Below, in pieces: positions 49,170 to 58,578 of a stretch of 64,000 nt of DNA. The DNA comes from Candidatus Amesbacteria bacterium RIFCSPLOWO2_01_FULL_48_25. GTDB taxonomy: Bacteria; Patescibacteriota; Microgenomatia; CAZETR01; Amesbacteraceae. Where the stretch lies: the NCBI GenBank assembly GCA_001773695.1, contig MEXN01000007.1, forward strand, positions 115,204-179,203, in the 5' to 3' direction. Numbering within the stretch: the stretch's first letter is position 1; each line of letters opens with the position of its first letter. The notes under the pieces were generated by a model. The model searched no databases and was not told the DNA's origin. It was given only the letters and a program-made list of their open reading frames with translations. Position numbers and translations under genes: made by a program.

Positions 49170-49818
49170 TAAATTCAAAAGTTGATAAAATCTGTTCGAG
49201 AATTTCGAAGGCTTCTTTTTGATCGGCTGCGGCTAGATCCCCTTCTTTCGGATCGCTCCTGTCACCGCTTTCAAAATATCGTAAATTGACCTCAAAACAG
49301 TTATCGCCAATGTCTTTGAAGACCTTGTAACCTTGGTTTGCGTTGTGTGTTCCGGCTGCACCTCCACTATCTTTGTCAGAATAATAAAACGCGTTCTCAT
49401 TTATCATTTTGAACTTGGTCAAGGGAGAGCTGTCATTCGTCTTGATATAACATGCGGTGGGGGTGTTAAGATTGGGAATTTGCTGGATCTGAAATATATA
49501 TCTCGTGCCCAGATTGTAACCGGGAAAGGATTTTCGTTTTTCAACGGCGAGCAGCGTTTCGGGAAAATCTGACCCCTCACCACTATTCTCAACTAGAATT
49601 TTGAAGTCACTGGGGAAGAGGACCGAAATTCCGAAGTGATTGTTGGTAAATGTCTGCCAATCGGACGCGGGACTGGCCATGGGAGAAGGGGTGGATCTCG
49701 GGGCCATAAATTTGCCCCAGGCGAAAACTGCAAGGAAGGAGGCGAGAAAGAGAACCAAAATGAAGAGAATTATATATCTTGGAGCAGTTCGTAGTTCCAT
49801 GACGAGATCTGACTGCAT
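49162..49818 (-). CDS. Hypothetical membrane-anchored secreted protein.
   Basis: N-terminal TM, then a 190-aa domain of unknown function. Confidence 0.35.
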   Translation of the reverse strand: MQSDLVMELRTAPRYIILFILVLFLASFLAVFAWGKFMAPRSTPSPMASPASDWQTFTNNHFGISVLFPSDFKILVENSGEGSDFPETLLAVEKRKSFPGYNLGTRYIFQIQQIPNLNTPTACYIKTNDSSPLTKFKMINENAFYYSDKDSGGAAGTHNANQGYKVFKDIGDNCFEVNLRYFESGDRSDPKEGDLAAADQKEAFEILEQILSTFEFIN

Positions 49819-49893
49819 TGTACCACTAATTAGAAAGTTGTGAGGAGTGGGGAAAAGATTGGTAAGAAGTTGTAAAAACAGGTAAAAATAGCT

Positions 49894-50505
49894 TCAGATG
49901 AGTAAATCTTCGCGAAATACGACTTGAGGGTCCCAGTCGGTGTGGAACCGATGCATACACTCTTTCAGATGGTCAAAAACTGCCCGATTGCCACATACAT
50001 GAGCAAGGTCAAGTGGCGACAAGCTCTCGATCTGGGCTATAGTTTGGATACCTTGGCGAACGAGACTCATATACAAAAAGTGGTTGGGGATGAGAGTTTC
50101 GATAGCATCTGGGCCCACAAGGCTGCGGCGACGGATTTTTGCCAAACCGAGAAGAAGATGGTATCTAAACCGGCGAGGCCGGGGGTCCCCCGTGACCTGA
50201 GCTGAGACTTCTTCTTGAGTGAGCCATCGGGCCGATTGTCCTTGAGGAAATAAATATAGCTTGACTTGAGTGACTGTGGAGGGTGGAAGTACTTCCTCCA
50301 GACCAAAGTGTCCATTCTCCATGGTCTGACGGAGCCAGGAGTTAAGTCGGCCACGAAACCCTAGGTCTAAAGAGTGGTAGCGATGTTCAAAAACCGAGGG
50401 GAGAGTTGAAACAACATTTTGGGGCTGGGGAAATCTGGGTCGGATTTTATCGGTCCGGTTGAGCAATTCATCAAAACCTGGAAGAGATTTTTGTTCGGCC
50501 GTCAT
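49894..50505 (-). CDS. Hypothetical protein (203 aa), unknown.
   Basis: No recognisable motif; Arg-rich. Confidence 0.3.
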   Translation of the reverse strand: MTAEQKSLPGFDELLNRTDKIRPRFPQPQNVVSTLPSVFEHRYHSLDLGFRGRLNSWLRQTMENGHFGLEEVLPPSTVTQVKLYLFPQGQSARWLTQEEVSAQVTGDPRPRRFRYHLLLGLAKIRRRSLVGPDAIETLIPNHFLYMSLVRQGIQTIAQIESLSPLDLAHVCGNRAVFDHLKECMHRFHTDWDPQVVFREDLLI

Positions 50506-50540
50506 GATTAAAGCTCTCGTGCGAGAGTATAATCCTCCCT

Positions 50541-50984
50541 ATGATTTCGACGCAAATATACAAGCAAAGCGAGCTGGCGAACGTAGCTAAAAAGGTATTA
50601 CTAATGAGGCCTAATATAATAGCTTTGGAGGGGCCGATGGGAGCCGGTAAAACGACATTGACAAAAGTGTTGGCTAGAACGCTGGGGATAAAAGAGGAAA
50701 TCGTCTCCCCTACTTTCGTCCTGCACCGACCGTATTCTGGAAAAAATGGAATTACTTTTAATCATATTGACTGTTGGAGAATGGAGAAGTTCGGAGAACT
50801 GCAACATATTGGTTTGCAAAAGATGATTGGGGAAAAATCGACTATCGTGATCGAGTGGGCGGATAGGTTTGAGAAAGAGATTAAGAGATTAAGTAAGAAA
50901 GAGATTAAGTTGGTTTGGGTAAAAATTGAATATGGGGAAAAAAAGAATGAAAGGAGGATAAGTTATGAAGATATTGGCTATTGA
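50541..50984 (+). CDS. tsaE: tRNA threonylcarbamoyladenosine biosynthesis ATPase TsaE (YjeE).
   Basis: IIALEGPMGAGKTTLTKVLARTLG...VVSPTF; C-terminal in-frame AGAGATTAAG repeats (EKEIKRLSKKEIKL). Confidence 0.8.
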   Translation: MISTQIYKQSELANVAKKVLLMRPNIIALEGPMGAGKTTLTKVLARTLGIKEEIVSPTFVLHRPYSGKNGITFNHIDCWRMEKFGELQHIGLQKMIGEKSTIVIEWADRFEKEIKRLSKKEIKLVWVKIEYGEKKNERRISYEDIGY

Positions 50985-51993
50985 GACGAGCTGTGATGAG
51001 ACGGCAGCGGCGGTGACTGAGGGAACCGAAATCCTGTCGAGTGTGAAGTGGACACAGGAGATTCACAATCAATATGGCGGCGTGGTGCCTGCCCTTGCCA
51101 AGAGGGCACATGAGGAACGCATCGAGGAGATTATTAATGATGCTTTAAAGCGTTCAGAGACTAGCGTTCAGCGTCTAGGGGCGGTAGCTGTCACGGTCGG
51201 GCCTGGGCTGGCGATTGCGCTCGAGGTGGGTATTAAATGGGCGAGGAAACTGGCCGCCGATTGGCATAAACCGTTGATAGGAATAAATCACATCGAGGGT
51301 CATATACTGAGTGCTCTAAAAAAAGAGGTGACTTTCCCCTGCCAGGCCCTAGTAATCTCAGGTGGACATACGCAGGTAATTAGAGTTGATGGGATTGGAA
51401 AATATGAAATATTGGCGCAGAGCCTGGATGATGATATTGGGGAGGCGTTGGATAAAGGGGCGAGGATGTTGGGACTCCCCTACCCGGGTGGCCCAGCTTT
51501 GGAGAAGTTGGCGGCACAGGGAGATCCAATAAAATATAAACTGCCATTGCCTATGGCGGGGAGAGAAGGAAGGGCATTTAGTTATTCAGGGCTTAAGACG
51601 GCGTTTTACCGTCTAGTTACCCAGTTGCACAGTTACCCAGTTGCACAGTTTGAACCACAGGAAATTTCAGATCTGGCGGCGGGTTATCAAGCGATGGTGT
51701 TTAGACATTTAGTGAGAACCCTTAAAGTGAATGTTCAAAATTCAATGTTCAATGTTCATGACCTTTTGGTGGGGGGTGGGGTGGCAGCAAATATGAAGTT
51801 GAGGGACGAGATTAAGAAATTAAGCAATGAAGTCAGCTTAAACGTTCATTACCCAGCTAATTTAATGCTGTGCACGGATAATGCGGCCATGATCGGAGTA
51901 GCGGCGGGATTTAAGGCGAAAAGGGGCGAGTTTACTGACCCGGAGAGAATTGATCGTCTGCCGAGGTGGAGGGTGGACGAAATTTCCTCTTAA
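50965..51993 (+). CDS. tsaD: tRNA N6-adenosine threonylcarbamoyltransferase TsaD (Kae1/Gcp).
   Basis: MKILAIETSCDETAAAV, HxEGH (INHIEGHIL), GGVAAN. Contains two in-frame simple-repeat insertions (51617-51655 and 51726-51762). Confidence 0.9.
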   Translation: MKILAIETSCDETAAAVTEGTEILSSVKWTQEIHNQYGGVVPALAKRAHEERIEEIINDALKRSETSVQRLGAVAVTVGPGLAIALEVGIKWARKLAADWHKPLIGINHIEGHILSALKKEVTFPCQALVISGGHTQVIRVDGIGKYEILAQSLDDDIGEALDKGARMLGLPYPGGPALEKLAAQGDPIKYKLPLPMAGREGRAFSYSGLKTAFYRLVTQLHSYPVAQFEPQEISDLAAGYQAMVFRHLVRTLKVNVQNSMFNVHDLLVGGGVAANMKLRDEIKKLSNEVSLNVHYPANLMLCTDNAAMIGVAAGFKAKRGEFTDPERIDRLPRWRVDEISS

Positions 51994-52586
51994 GTTGCAT
52001 GTTAGAACTCCTGTGTTAGTATTGCGCTATGGCGACGGAGTCGGGTCAGGATGGCAGTAATCAAAGCGACATTGCAAGACGTGGATTCATGCTTGTTTAC
52101 GCTCCATCTATTATTCCGTTTTTGGAGGTTCCTTCTCGTCCTGGCCACAATTTGTTGTTTGCAGTCGGCACTTGGAGATTGGAAGTTCCCTTTACAACCT
52201 GGGCTCCAGGAGTATTAAACTTGCTGAGCAATTGGGTTGATAGGATGAAGTAGGTTGTGATAGAGTCTCCGGGCTCGCCAAAAATTACCTTCGGGCTCAT
52301 TGTAGCTGGCCTCTCGAGTAGATATAATCGAGGGTGTTTTGTATGGAGATACCAAGAAGAATTATCATGCTACTTGCTCGTGCGACTAGGGCGACGGATG
52401 TGGCAGGCGGGTCAAGTGTGCCTACAGACATTCCGACCAGCAGCTTGATTAGTAATCTTAGCCATGCGTGCTTTGAAGATGGTCCGTGGCCCGCTGATAT
52501 GTTGATTATATCGAGTTCTGGATCAGTATCTATTGAATTGGACCCTAAGCATCCAATTCATTATGCCGATACAGAGATCGGTCGCG

Positions 52587-54785
52587 ATGACTGATATGGA
52601 TAAAAACTACGATCACCGGAAACACGAGAGGGAGATTTATGAGAAATGGGAGCCCTACTTCACCCCCTCCTTCGCCAAGGCTTCGGAGGGCAAGCCGTAT
52701 ACGATCTTGATGCCGCCCCCGAACGCGAATGCGTCGCTGCATGCCGGGCATGCGATGTACACAATCGACGACATAGTGATTCGATGGAAGAGGATGCAAG
52801 GATTTTCTTCCGTGTGGATTCCGGGGATTGATCATGCAGGGTTTGAAACGCAATTTGTGTACGAAAAAGAATTGGCTAAGAAGGGTAAATCCAGGTTTGA
52901 TTTTGATAGACAAACTTTTTATGAAAACGTATATAAATTTGTGGAAAAAAATTCCGGTTTGATCTACGAACAGTTTAAACAACTTGGGTTTTCGGCTGAT
53001 TGGGACAGAAGTGTGTTCACTTTAGATAAAAACGTCATAAGTCAGGTGTTTGAAACTTTTTCCAGATTGGAGAGGGAAGGAAAAGTTTACAGAGACGAAT
53101 ACATCGTCAACTATTGCACCCATTGCGGTACATCGTTGGCTGAACTGGAAGTAGAGCATGAGGAAAGAAACGATCCGCTTTACTATATGAAATACGGCCC
53201 ATTTGTATTGGCTACAGTGAGACCGGAAACCAAATTTGGCGATACTGCAGTGGCAATTAATCCAAAAGACACAAGGTATCAAAAGTATGTGGGGCAAGTA
53301 ATAGAGGTGGAGGGGTTAATTGGTAAGTTTAGGGTGAAAGTGATCGCCGATGATGCAGTGGAGCAGAAATTCGGAACTGGGGTCGTTAAAGTGACGCCTG
53401 CTCATGATCCAAATGATTTTGAAATGGGCAAGCGACACGGATTGGAGATAAAACAGGTAATTGGTTTGGATGGAAAATTGAATGATAAAACAGGACCATA
53501 CAGAGGGTTAAAAGTAAATGAGGCTAGAAAACGGGTGGTTGAGGATTTATATAAGGCGGGGTTGATAGATAGGGTTGATGAAACTTACAAACATTCGGTT
53601 GGTGTGTGTTACCGCTGCAAAAGAACGGTTGAGCCGATGGTTGTCCCAAATTGGTTTATTAAAGTTGACGAACTTAAAGGTCCGGTCATAGAAGCGGTGA
53701 AAAACGACAGGGTGAAGTTTTATCCAAAAAGATTTAAGAAACAAATGTTGAATTGGCTGGAAATAATGCACGACTGGCCAATATCGAGGCAAATTGCTTG
53801 GGGAATAAGAATTCCGGTCTGGTACGAAGTGACTGATCAAGCCAATTTGTATGCCGTTTGGCTAGATAAAAACGGCCAAAAACAGGAGGGGCTGGTGTAT
53901 AAATATAAAGATCGCTTAGCCGAAATAGAGGCGGGGTTGCAAAAAGTTACGGCTGTGACCGGACCCAGTGGGCCGAAATACAAAGTGTCCGCCAACAAAC
54001 CCGGAGACAACTATTTGCCGGAGACCGACACTTTTGACACTTGGTTTTCATCGGGTCAGTGGCCGTTGGTTACGCTTAAAAAAGATGAGTTTGATACAAG
54101 ATTTCCTACGGACATGATGGGAACTCTTGCTGATATTTTAAAGTTTTGGGTTTCTAGGATGATAATGTTTAGTTTATACCTGAAGAACGAAGTCCCCTTT
54201 AAGGATGTTTACTTGTGGTCGATGGTTGCGGATACAAAAGGAGTGAAGATGAGTAAAAGTAAAGGCAATGTGGTTAATCCTATTGATTTGGTTAACAAAT
54301 ATGGCGCTGATGCGTTGAGGGTGGCTTTGGTGTATGGTGTGGCTCCGGGGAGCAAAATTCCATTATCCGAAGAGAAAGTCAGGGGAATGAGAAATTTTGC
54401 CAATAAGATTTGGAATATTGCCAGATTCGTAGAATCTGCAAACCACAGTTCTCAAACCGCAAATCCCGTTGAAGACGATAATTGGATAATGGACGAATTG
54501 AATAAACTGATTAAGTCAGTGACTGTCAGTTTAGAGAAATATAGATTCAATGATGCGGCAGAGAGTATGTATGAATTCGTGTGGCATAAGTTTGCGGATG
54601 TGTATATTGAGAAGGTTAAGGGCCGAAAAGAAGGGGCGTCCCCCACTCTGCGTCACGTCTTGATTACTTGTTTGAAACTCCTACATCCGTTCATGCCGTT
54701 TGTAACTGAGGCGATTTGGTGGGAAATAAAAGATTTAAGGAAATACCCAGATGAGATGTTGATTACAACAGCGTGGCCAGAATAG
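52587..54785 (+). CDS. valS: Valyl-tRNA synthetase (compact form without the C-terminal coiled coil).
   Basis: PPPNANASLHAGHAM (HIGH region, ValRS-type PPPN.TG.LH.GHA), DTWFSS, KMSKSKGNVV. Confidence 0.85.
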   Translation: MTDMDKNYDHRKHEREIYEKWEPYFTPSFAKASEGKPYTILMPPPNANASLHAGHAMYTIDDIVIRWKRMQGFSSVWIPGIDHAGFETQFVYEKELAKKGKSRFDFDRQTFYENVYKFVEKNSGLIYEQFKQLGFSADWDRSVFTLDKNVISQVFETFSRLEREGKVYRDEYIVNYCTHCGTSLAELEVEHEERNDPLYYMKYGPFVLATVRPETKFGDTAVAINPKDTRYQKYVGQVIEVEGLIGKFRVKVIADDAVEQKFGTGVVKVTPAHDPNDFEMGKRHGLEIKQVIGLDGKLNDKTGPYRGLKVNEARKRVVEDLYKAGLIDRVDETYKHSVGVCYRCKRTVEPMVVPNWFIKVDELKGPVIEAVKNDRVKFYPKRFKKQMLNWLEIMHDWPISRQIAWGIRIPVWYEVTDQANLYAVWLDKNGQKQEGLVYKYKDRLAEIEAGLQKVTAVTGPSGPKYKVSANKPGDNYLPETDTFDTWFSSGQWPLVTLKKDEFDTRFPTDMMGTLADILKFWVSRMIMFSLYLKNEVPFKDVYLWSMVADTKGVKMSKSKGNVVNPIDLVNKYGADALRVALVYGVAPGSKIPLSEEKVRGMRNFANKIWNIARFVESANHSSQTANPVEDDNWIMDELNKLIKSVTVSLEKYRFNDAAESMYEFVWHKFADVYIEKVKGRKEGASPTLRHVLITCLKLLHPFMPFVTEAIWWEIKDLRKYPDEMLITTAWPE

Positions 54786-55031
54786 GTTTTGTTTTTTCTC
54801 CCATGAGTCGGGCCCTTTTCTGAGTTTTGAGTTGGGTAATTCGTGCAGCCATTGTGTCCAGTGCATCAAAGACTTGTTTTTCATCGACTTTTTTAACTAA
54901 GTCGTCTTGGGCATTTGTGGATTATTGCTCGTATGGTTTGGCGTCTTCCAGAGCTTTGTCTACTACTTTACCGATGGCGACATCTTCGGAATGAATCCGC
55001 AAGTCTTCGGGGTTGATGTTTTGCCTTGGCA

Positions 55032-55397
55032 CTAGGTGATTTTGGATTTTACTTCGACGTTAATGGGGCGGAGGAGTTGGATGCCGAGAGTGCTGAGTTT
55101 AAAGCCGACCATGACCAAAAAGCTCATAAGAAAATAGTGGAACGAGATGTTGGAGATGGTGTTGATGGTCTCGGCTGACATGATCTCGGTTTTTACGGCT
55201 TCTTTCGGCTTGACTCCAGTTTGGGAGTAGACCGCCTGAGACAAATCGATGCTGATGCCTGGAGAGTTAAACAATTCCACCGGTTTGGCCTTTTTGGTGA
55301 AAACCTGATAGATGCTGAAGGAGGATAGGCCAATAGTCAGTAGGCCAGTGATCAGTAATAGATAGCCGGTGACTTTTTCGGACAGAAATTTAGGCAT
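55032..55397 (-). CDS. Small membrane protein, hypothetical.
   Basis: 121 aa, two TM segments. Confidence 0.3.
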   Translation of the reverse strand: MPKFLSEKVTGYLLLITGLLTIGLSSFSIYQVFTKKAKPVELFNSPGISIDLSQAVYSQTGVKPKEAVKTEIMSAETINTISNISFHYFLMSFLVMVGFKLSTLGIQLLRPINVEVKSKIT

Positions 55398-56067
55398 TGG
55401 GTTTGGCTTCTGGTTTGGTTTGTTCGGTGGTTTCAGTTGGTGTAGGCGTCTCCCCTCCTCCCTCGGTTGGGGCAGCCTCTACTGGGGGCGCTTCTACTTT
55501 CTCTTCTTTGGCCAAGGGCTCGATTTTGGCAATAATGGTCTCAGGGTTAGTCTTGAGAACTAGTTTGGCAGATAATTTGACATCAAGCGCATAAATGGCC
55601 TGGTTGACTTCGGTTAGAGAGGTGACGTCTGCATCGAGATGGTCCGGCATGTCCGTGGGGAGTCCTTCAATTTCTACCTCATCTTGTTGTTGAACCAGAA
55701 TGCCCAGTCCGTCTTTTTCGGCCGGGGCCTCTCCGGTTAGTTTGACGGATACCGGAACAGTAACTTTTTGCTTAAGATCTACCTGGTGGAATGCGATGTG
55801 AAGAATTTGCGCACTTGTGGGGTGATAAATGACCTGTGATACCAAAACCGGACGATTTTCTTTCTCTCCTTCTACTTGGAGATAAAGCAGGGTAGACTCC
55901 CCTACTTCCCGATAAACTTTCTGAAAGTCCTTGGTGTTTAGCTGAACATTTAGGGAGGGGATTTTCTTACCAAAAATATTTGCCGGAACTAACGCTTGTG
56001 ATCTTAAAGTTTTGACTTTCCGACCGAGAATTGTTCGTGGTTGAACAGAGAGTTGTGGCTTATTCAT
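55390..56067 (-). CDS. rplY: Ribosomal protein L25 (Ctc/general-stress form) with a low-complexity Pro/Glu/Thr C-terminal tail.
   Basis: MNKPQLSVQPRTILGRKVKTLRSQALVPANIFGK... typical L25 N-domain plus Ctc beta-barrel domain. Confidence 0.85.
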   Translation of the reverse strand: MNKPQLSVQPRTILGRKVKTLRSQALVPANIFGKKIPSLNVQLNTKDFQKVYREVGESTLLYLQVEGEKENRPVLVSQVIYHPTSAQILHIAFHQVDLKQKVTVPVSVKLTGEAPAEKDGLGILVQQQDEVEIEGLPTDMPDHLDADVTSLTEVNQAIYALDVKLSAKLVLKTNPETIIAKIEPLAKEEKVEAPPVEAAPTEGGGETPTPTETTEQTKPEAKPNA

Positions 56068-58076
56068 GGTAATGGTGTCTGAAAACCAAGTTCCACTTGG
56101 GAAAAGGTGGGGTTATTATATCGGAGTATCCCCGGCTTGGCAAACGAGGGGGGTTGAACCGCGGATAGTGTAATTTCCGGTGGATATTTAATTTCTATAT
56201 CTTGGACAGAGGTGACCCCGGGCTGGCGAGGTATGACCAATGTGTAGTTTGTTAACTTACGTTTGGAGTGCACGTTGATCTTGATGAGAGTTGCGGATTT
56301 AGTCACTGAGTCGAGATCAAGGCTAATCTCCTGGAAGCCGGGTTGGGACAAAAGGGAATACGAGCTGTCTAATAGTTTCTGTCCATTTATTTCAAGATCG
56401 TCTATAACTGCGGACGTTGGCAGTTGCAGACGAAATAATATTGAGGTGGCGGACTGGTCCGGAATTTGAGGAATATCAAAGTCAAGTAAGTATGTGGTCT
56501 GATCGGCTTGAAATTCAACAGTTACTTTTTGGTTGAGGACGGGCTTGGAATTGATTGCTTGAGTGAAGGTGAGTGTGGGATAGAATACGTCCTGGGTGGG
56601 TGAAACTATCGGGTCTGCCCAGGAGGCAAGAATCGGCAGGGGGAGGGTAGGGGAAATACTAGTGATCAGCGCCTGGTGGTTGGCGGCTAAAATGAAAAAA
56701 TTTTGAGCTACAAAACCAAGCTGACCTGGTGACAGAGTCCTTAGTTTATCGATGGCGGAAGTAGTAATTTGAGTAAACAATTGGCTTTTAGCTTCGGGTG
56801 AGCTGGCAGTAAGCTTTGGGTTTTCCAGTCCAATGTCAGCCAGTATTTGAGACAGTGTCGAGGTCTCTATAGCGATCACCAATTCAGGTTGAAACTTAAG
56901 CTCACGGGAAATGAACCAGCTGGCTGCCTGAGCCGACTGAAGAAATGATGAACCCCAGAGCGAATTTCCTAATGACCAACGACTGGTGGGTGTTCTTTTT
57001 GTAAAATCGGCCGGAGAGTCGGGGATTCCCGACATCTGCCGATCCAGCGAGTCGGCGGAATGAACCCGAATTTGGGATAAGCGGCCTTGGGATAGGGTGA
57101 AGGTTATCAGAGCTTGAACCGTGCCCCCTGACGGTCGCGCTTGGGATGAATCTAAAACCAAGATTACGCCATCTATACCGGAAGAGGTTGAAAGAAGGGA
57201 GTTAATCTCCGGAAGTAGAGATTCAAATTTTTTAACATGGGCTAGAATATTCCATTCTATGGACAAAAGATCGAATTGTTTCTTTTGATCTGTGACTGCG
57301 TACCTGGGAAGCGGTTGTGCCAGAAGATCCAAATAGACCTTTTGAGAAATTTCCTCAAATAGAGTTTGAGTCCGAATTATATTTGGGGGGGGAAGCCCCG
57401 GTTTTAGGACGCTAGCCACGACGCCTCCAATTTCGTCTCGAAAGACTCCTAGGCTCCTGGTTGTTTGGATAAGAGCTAATGGCCGAGAGATAATGGTTGG
57501 GTATTTGATATTTAGCGTGTCGGCCAATTTAGTTAAATAAGTTTCGACTGCATTTACTACTGAGTAGCATGCCTTTGATTTAGACTCGGACAAGGCCAGA
57601 GCCTGGCGCATACAAGTGGAAACAGTTAGCAGGGTGATGATTAATATCGCTATTAAAAAAATGGCTGGAATGATCGAGTAGCGAAATTTTTTTGGATTGG
57701 TGGGGGAGATCAGTTTTAGTATCTGCAATTTTTTTTGAACGAATCGTGGTACCAGGCTGTCCGGGAGTAATTTTGGAAGCGAGATGAGTTGATAGTCGAT
57801 AGGATTCGTTCTTGTTATTTTATAAATTTCCTTCTGAATGTCAGGAAGATCACGTCCGGGGCAGAAAATTAGTAATTTAGATTTGCTTGCTTGCGATACT
57901 TTTATTGATGAGAAAAAGAGATCGTATTGCTTGTGTAAACTCTTTAACACCAGCAAAATATAATCAGGTGGGTTTTTTATGTGGCCAGAGGGAATGTTTG
58001 ATTTGGAATTTAAAGTTAAAAATTTAGGAGAATTTACTTCGTGAGAAACTAATATCGTATGTACTTTTCGACCCAT
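56064..58076 (-). CDS. Large (670 aa) membrane-anchored protein of unknown function (DUF4012-like?).
   Basis: Single TM near residue 130, then a long extracytoplasmic domain; no motif recognised. Confidence 0.4.
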   Translation of the reverse strand: MGRKVHTILVSHEVNSPKFLTLNSKSNIPSGHIKNPPDYILLVLKSLHKQYDLFFSSIKVSQASKSKLLIFCPGRDLPDIQKEIYKITRTNPIDYQLISLPKLLPDSLVPRFVQKKLQILKLISPTNPKKFRYSIIPAIFLIAILIITLLTVSTCMRQALALSESKSKACYSVVNAVETYLTKLADTLNIKYPTIISRPLALIQTTRSLGVFRDEIGGVVASVLKPGLPPPNIIRTQTLFEEISQKVYLDLLAQPLPRYAVTDQKKQFDLLSIEWNILAHVKKFESLLPEINSLLSTSSGIDGVILVLDSSQARPSGGTVQALITFTLSQGRLSQIRVHSADSLDRQMSGIPDSPADFTKRTPTSRWSLGNSLWGSSFLQSAQAASWFISRELKFQPELVIAIETSTLSQILADIGLENPKLTASSPEAKSQLFTQITTSAIDKLRTLSPGQLGFVAQNFFILAANHQALITSISPTLPLPILASWADPIVSPTQDVFYPTLTFTQAINSKPVLNQKVTVEFQADQTTYLLDFDIPQIPDQSATSILFRLQLPTSAVIDDLEINGQKLLDSSYSLLSQPGFQEISLDLDSVTKSATLIKINVHSKRKLTNYTLVIPRQPGVTSVQDIEIKYPPEITLSAVQPPSFAKPGILRYNNPTFSQVELGFQTPLP

Positions 58077-58150
58077 GCCTGGTTTGAAAATTTTTTGAGC
58101 TTGGAATAACTCTTATAAGATAATTACACTTTATAACATGAAACCAAAAA

Positions 58151-58573
58151 TTAAAAATTTGCCTTGTTTAAGGTCAGGTTGACCAGTTCGTCTGCTGGAG
58201 AATTTTGCTCCCTGGGGATGTATATAAAGTTAGCAATATTTGATTTACCACTTTCTATTAAATTTTTAATTTCTAAATATTTAAGTTTTAAAATTGTGTC
58301 TTTTATTTTGTATAACCCCTTTAGTTGGTTCACGACGAGAAGAGAGTCGAGATAGTAGTTTACCAGTTGATCAGTTTTACAGTTGTTCAGTAACCATTTT
58401 AGTGATTCGATCACTGCTTGATATTCGGCCTGGTTGTTGGTAGCAGTGCCTAAGTAGAATCCCTGTTTGTGAAGAGTTTTCCCTGTAGAGTCTCGGACTA
58501 CAAAGGCGGAGGCCGCTGGCCCAGGATTGCCGCGGGCACCGCCGTCACAAAAAATACTTAGGGAGTTGTTCAT
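58151..58573 (-). CDS. rnhA: Ribonuclease HI.
   Basis: IFCDGGARGNPGPAASAFV, TNNQAEYQAV, and C-terminal SPADELVN (DEDD catalytic residues). AT-rich and CAGTTGATCAGTT insertions present. Confidence 0.8.
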   Translation of the reverse strand: MNNSLSIFCDGGARGNPGPAASAFVVRDSTGKTLHKQGFYLGTATNNQAEYQAVIESLKWLLNNCKTDQLVNYYLDSLLVVNQLKGLYKIKDTILKLKYLEIKNLIESGKSNIANFIYIPREQNSPADELVNLTLNKANF

Positions 58574-58578
58574 AGTAC

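Noticed and set aside
52000-52590. RNase P RNA, tmRNA or a T-box leader ahead of valS.
   Set aside because: None of the universal blocks was found by eye: GGAAAGUCCGG…GGUAAGAGCGCACC for RNase P, the tRNA-like GGUUCGAxUCC…ACCA end for tmRNA, or the AAUUAGGGUGGNACCGCG T-box sequence.
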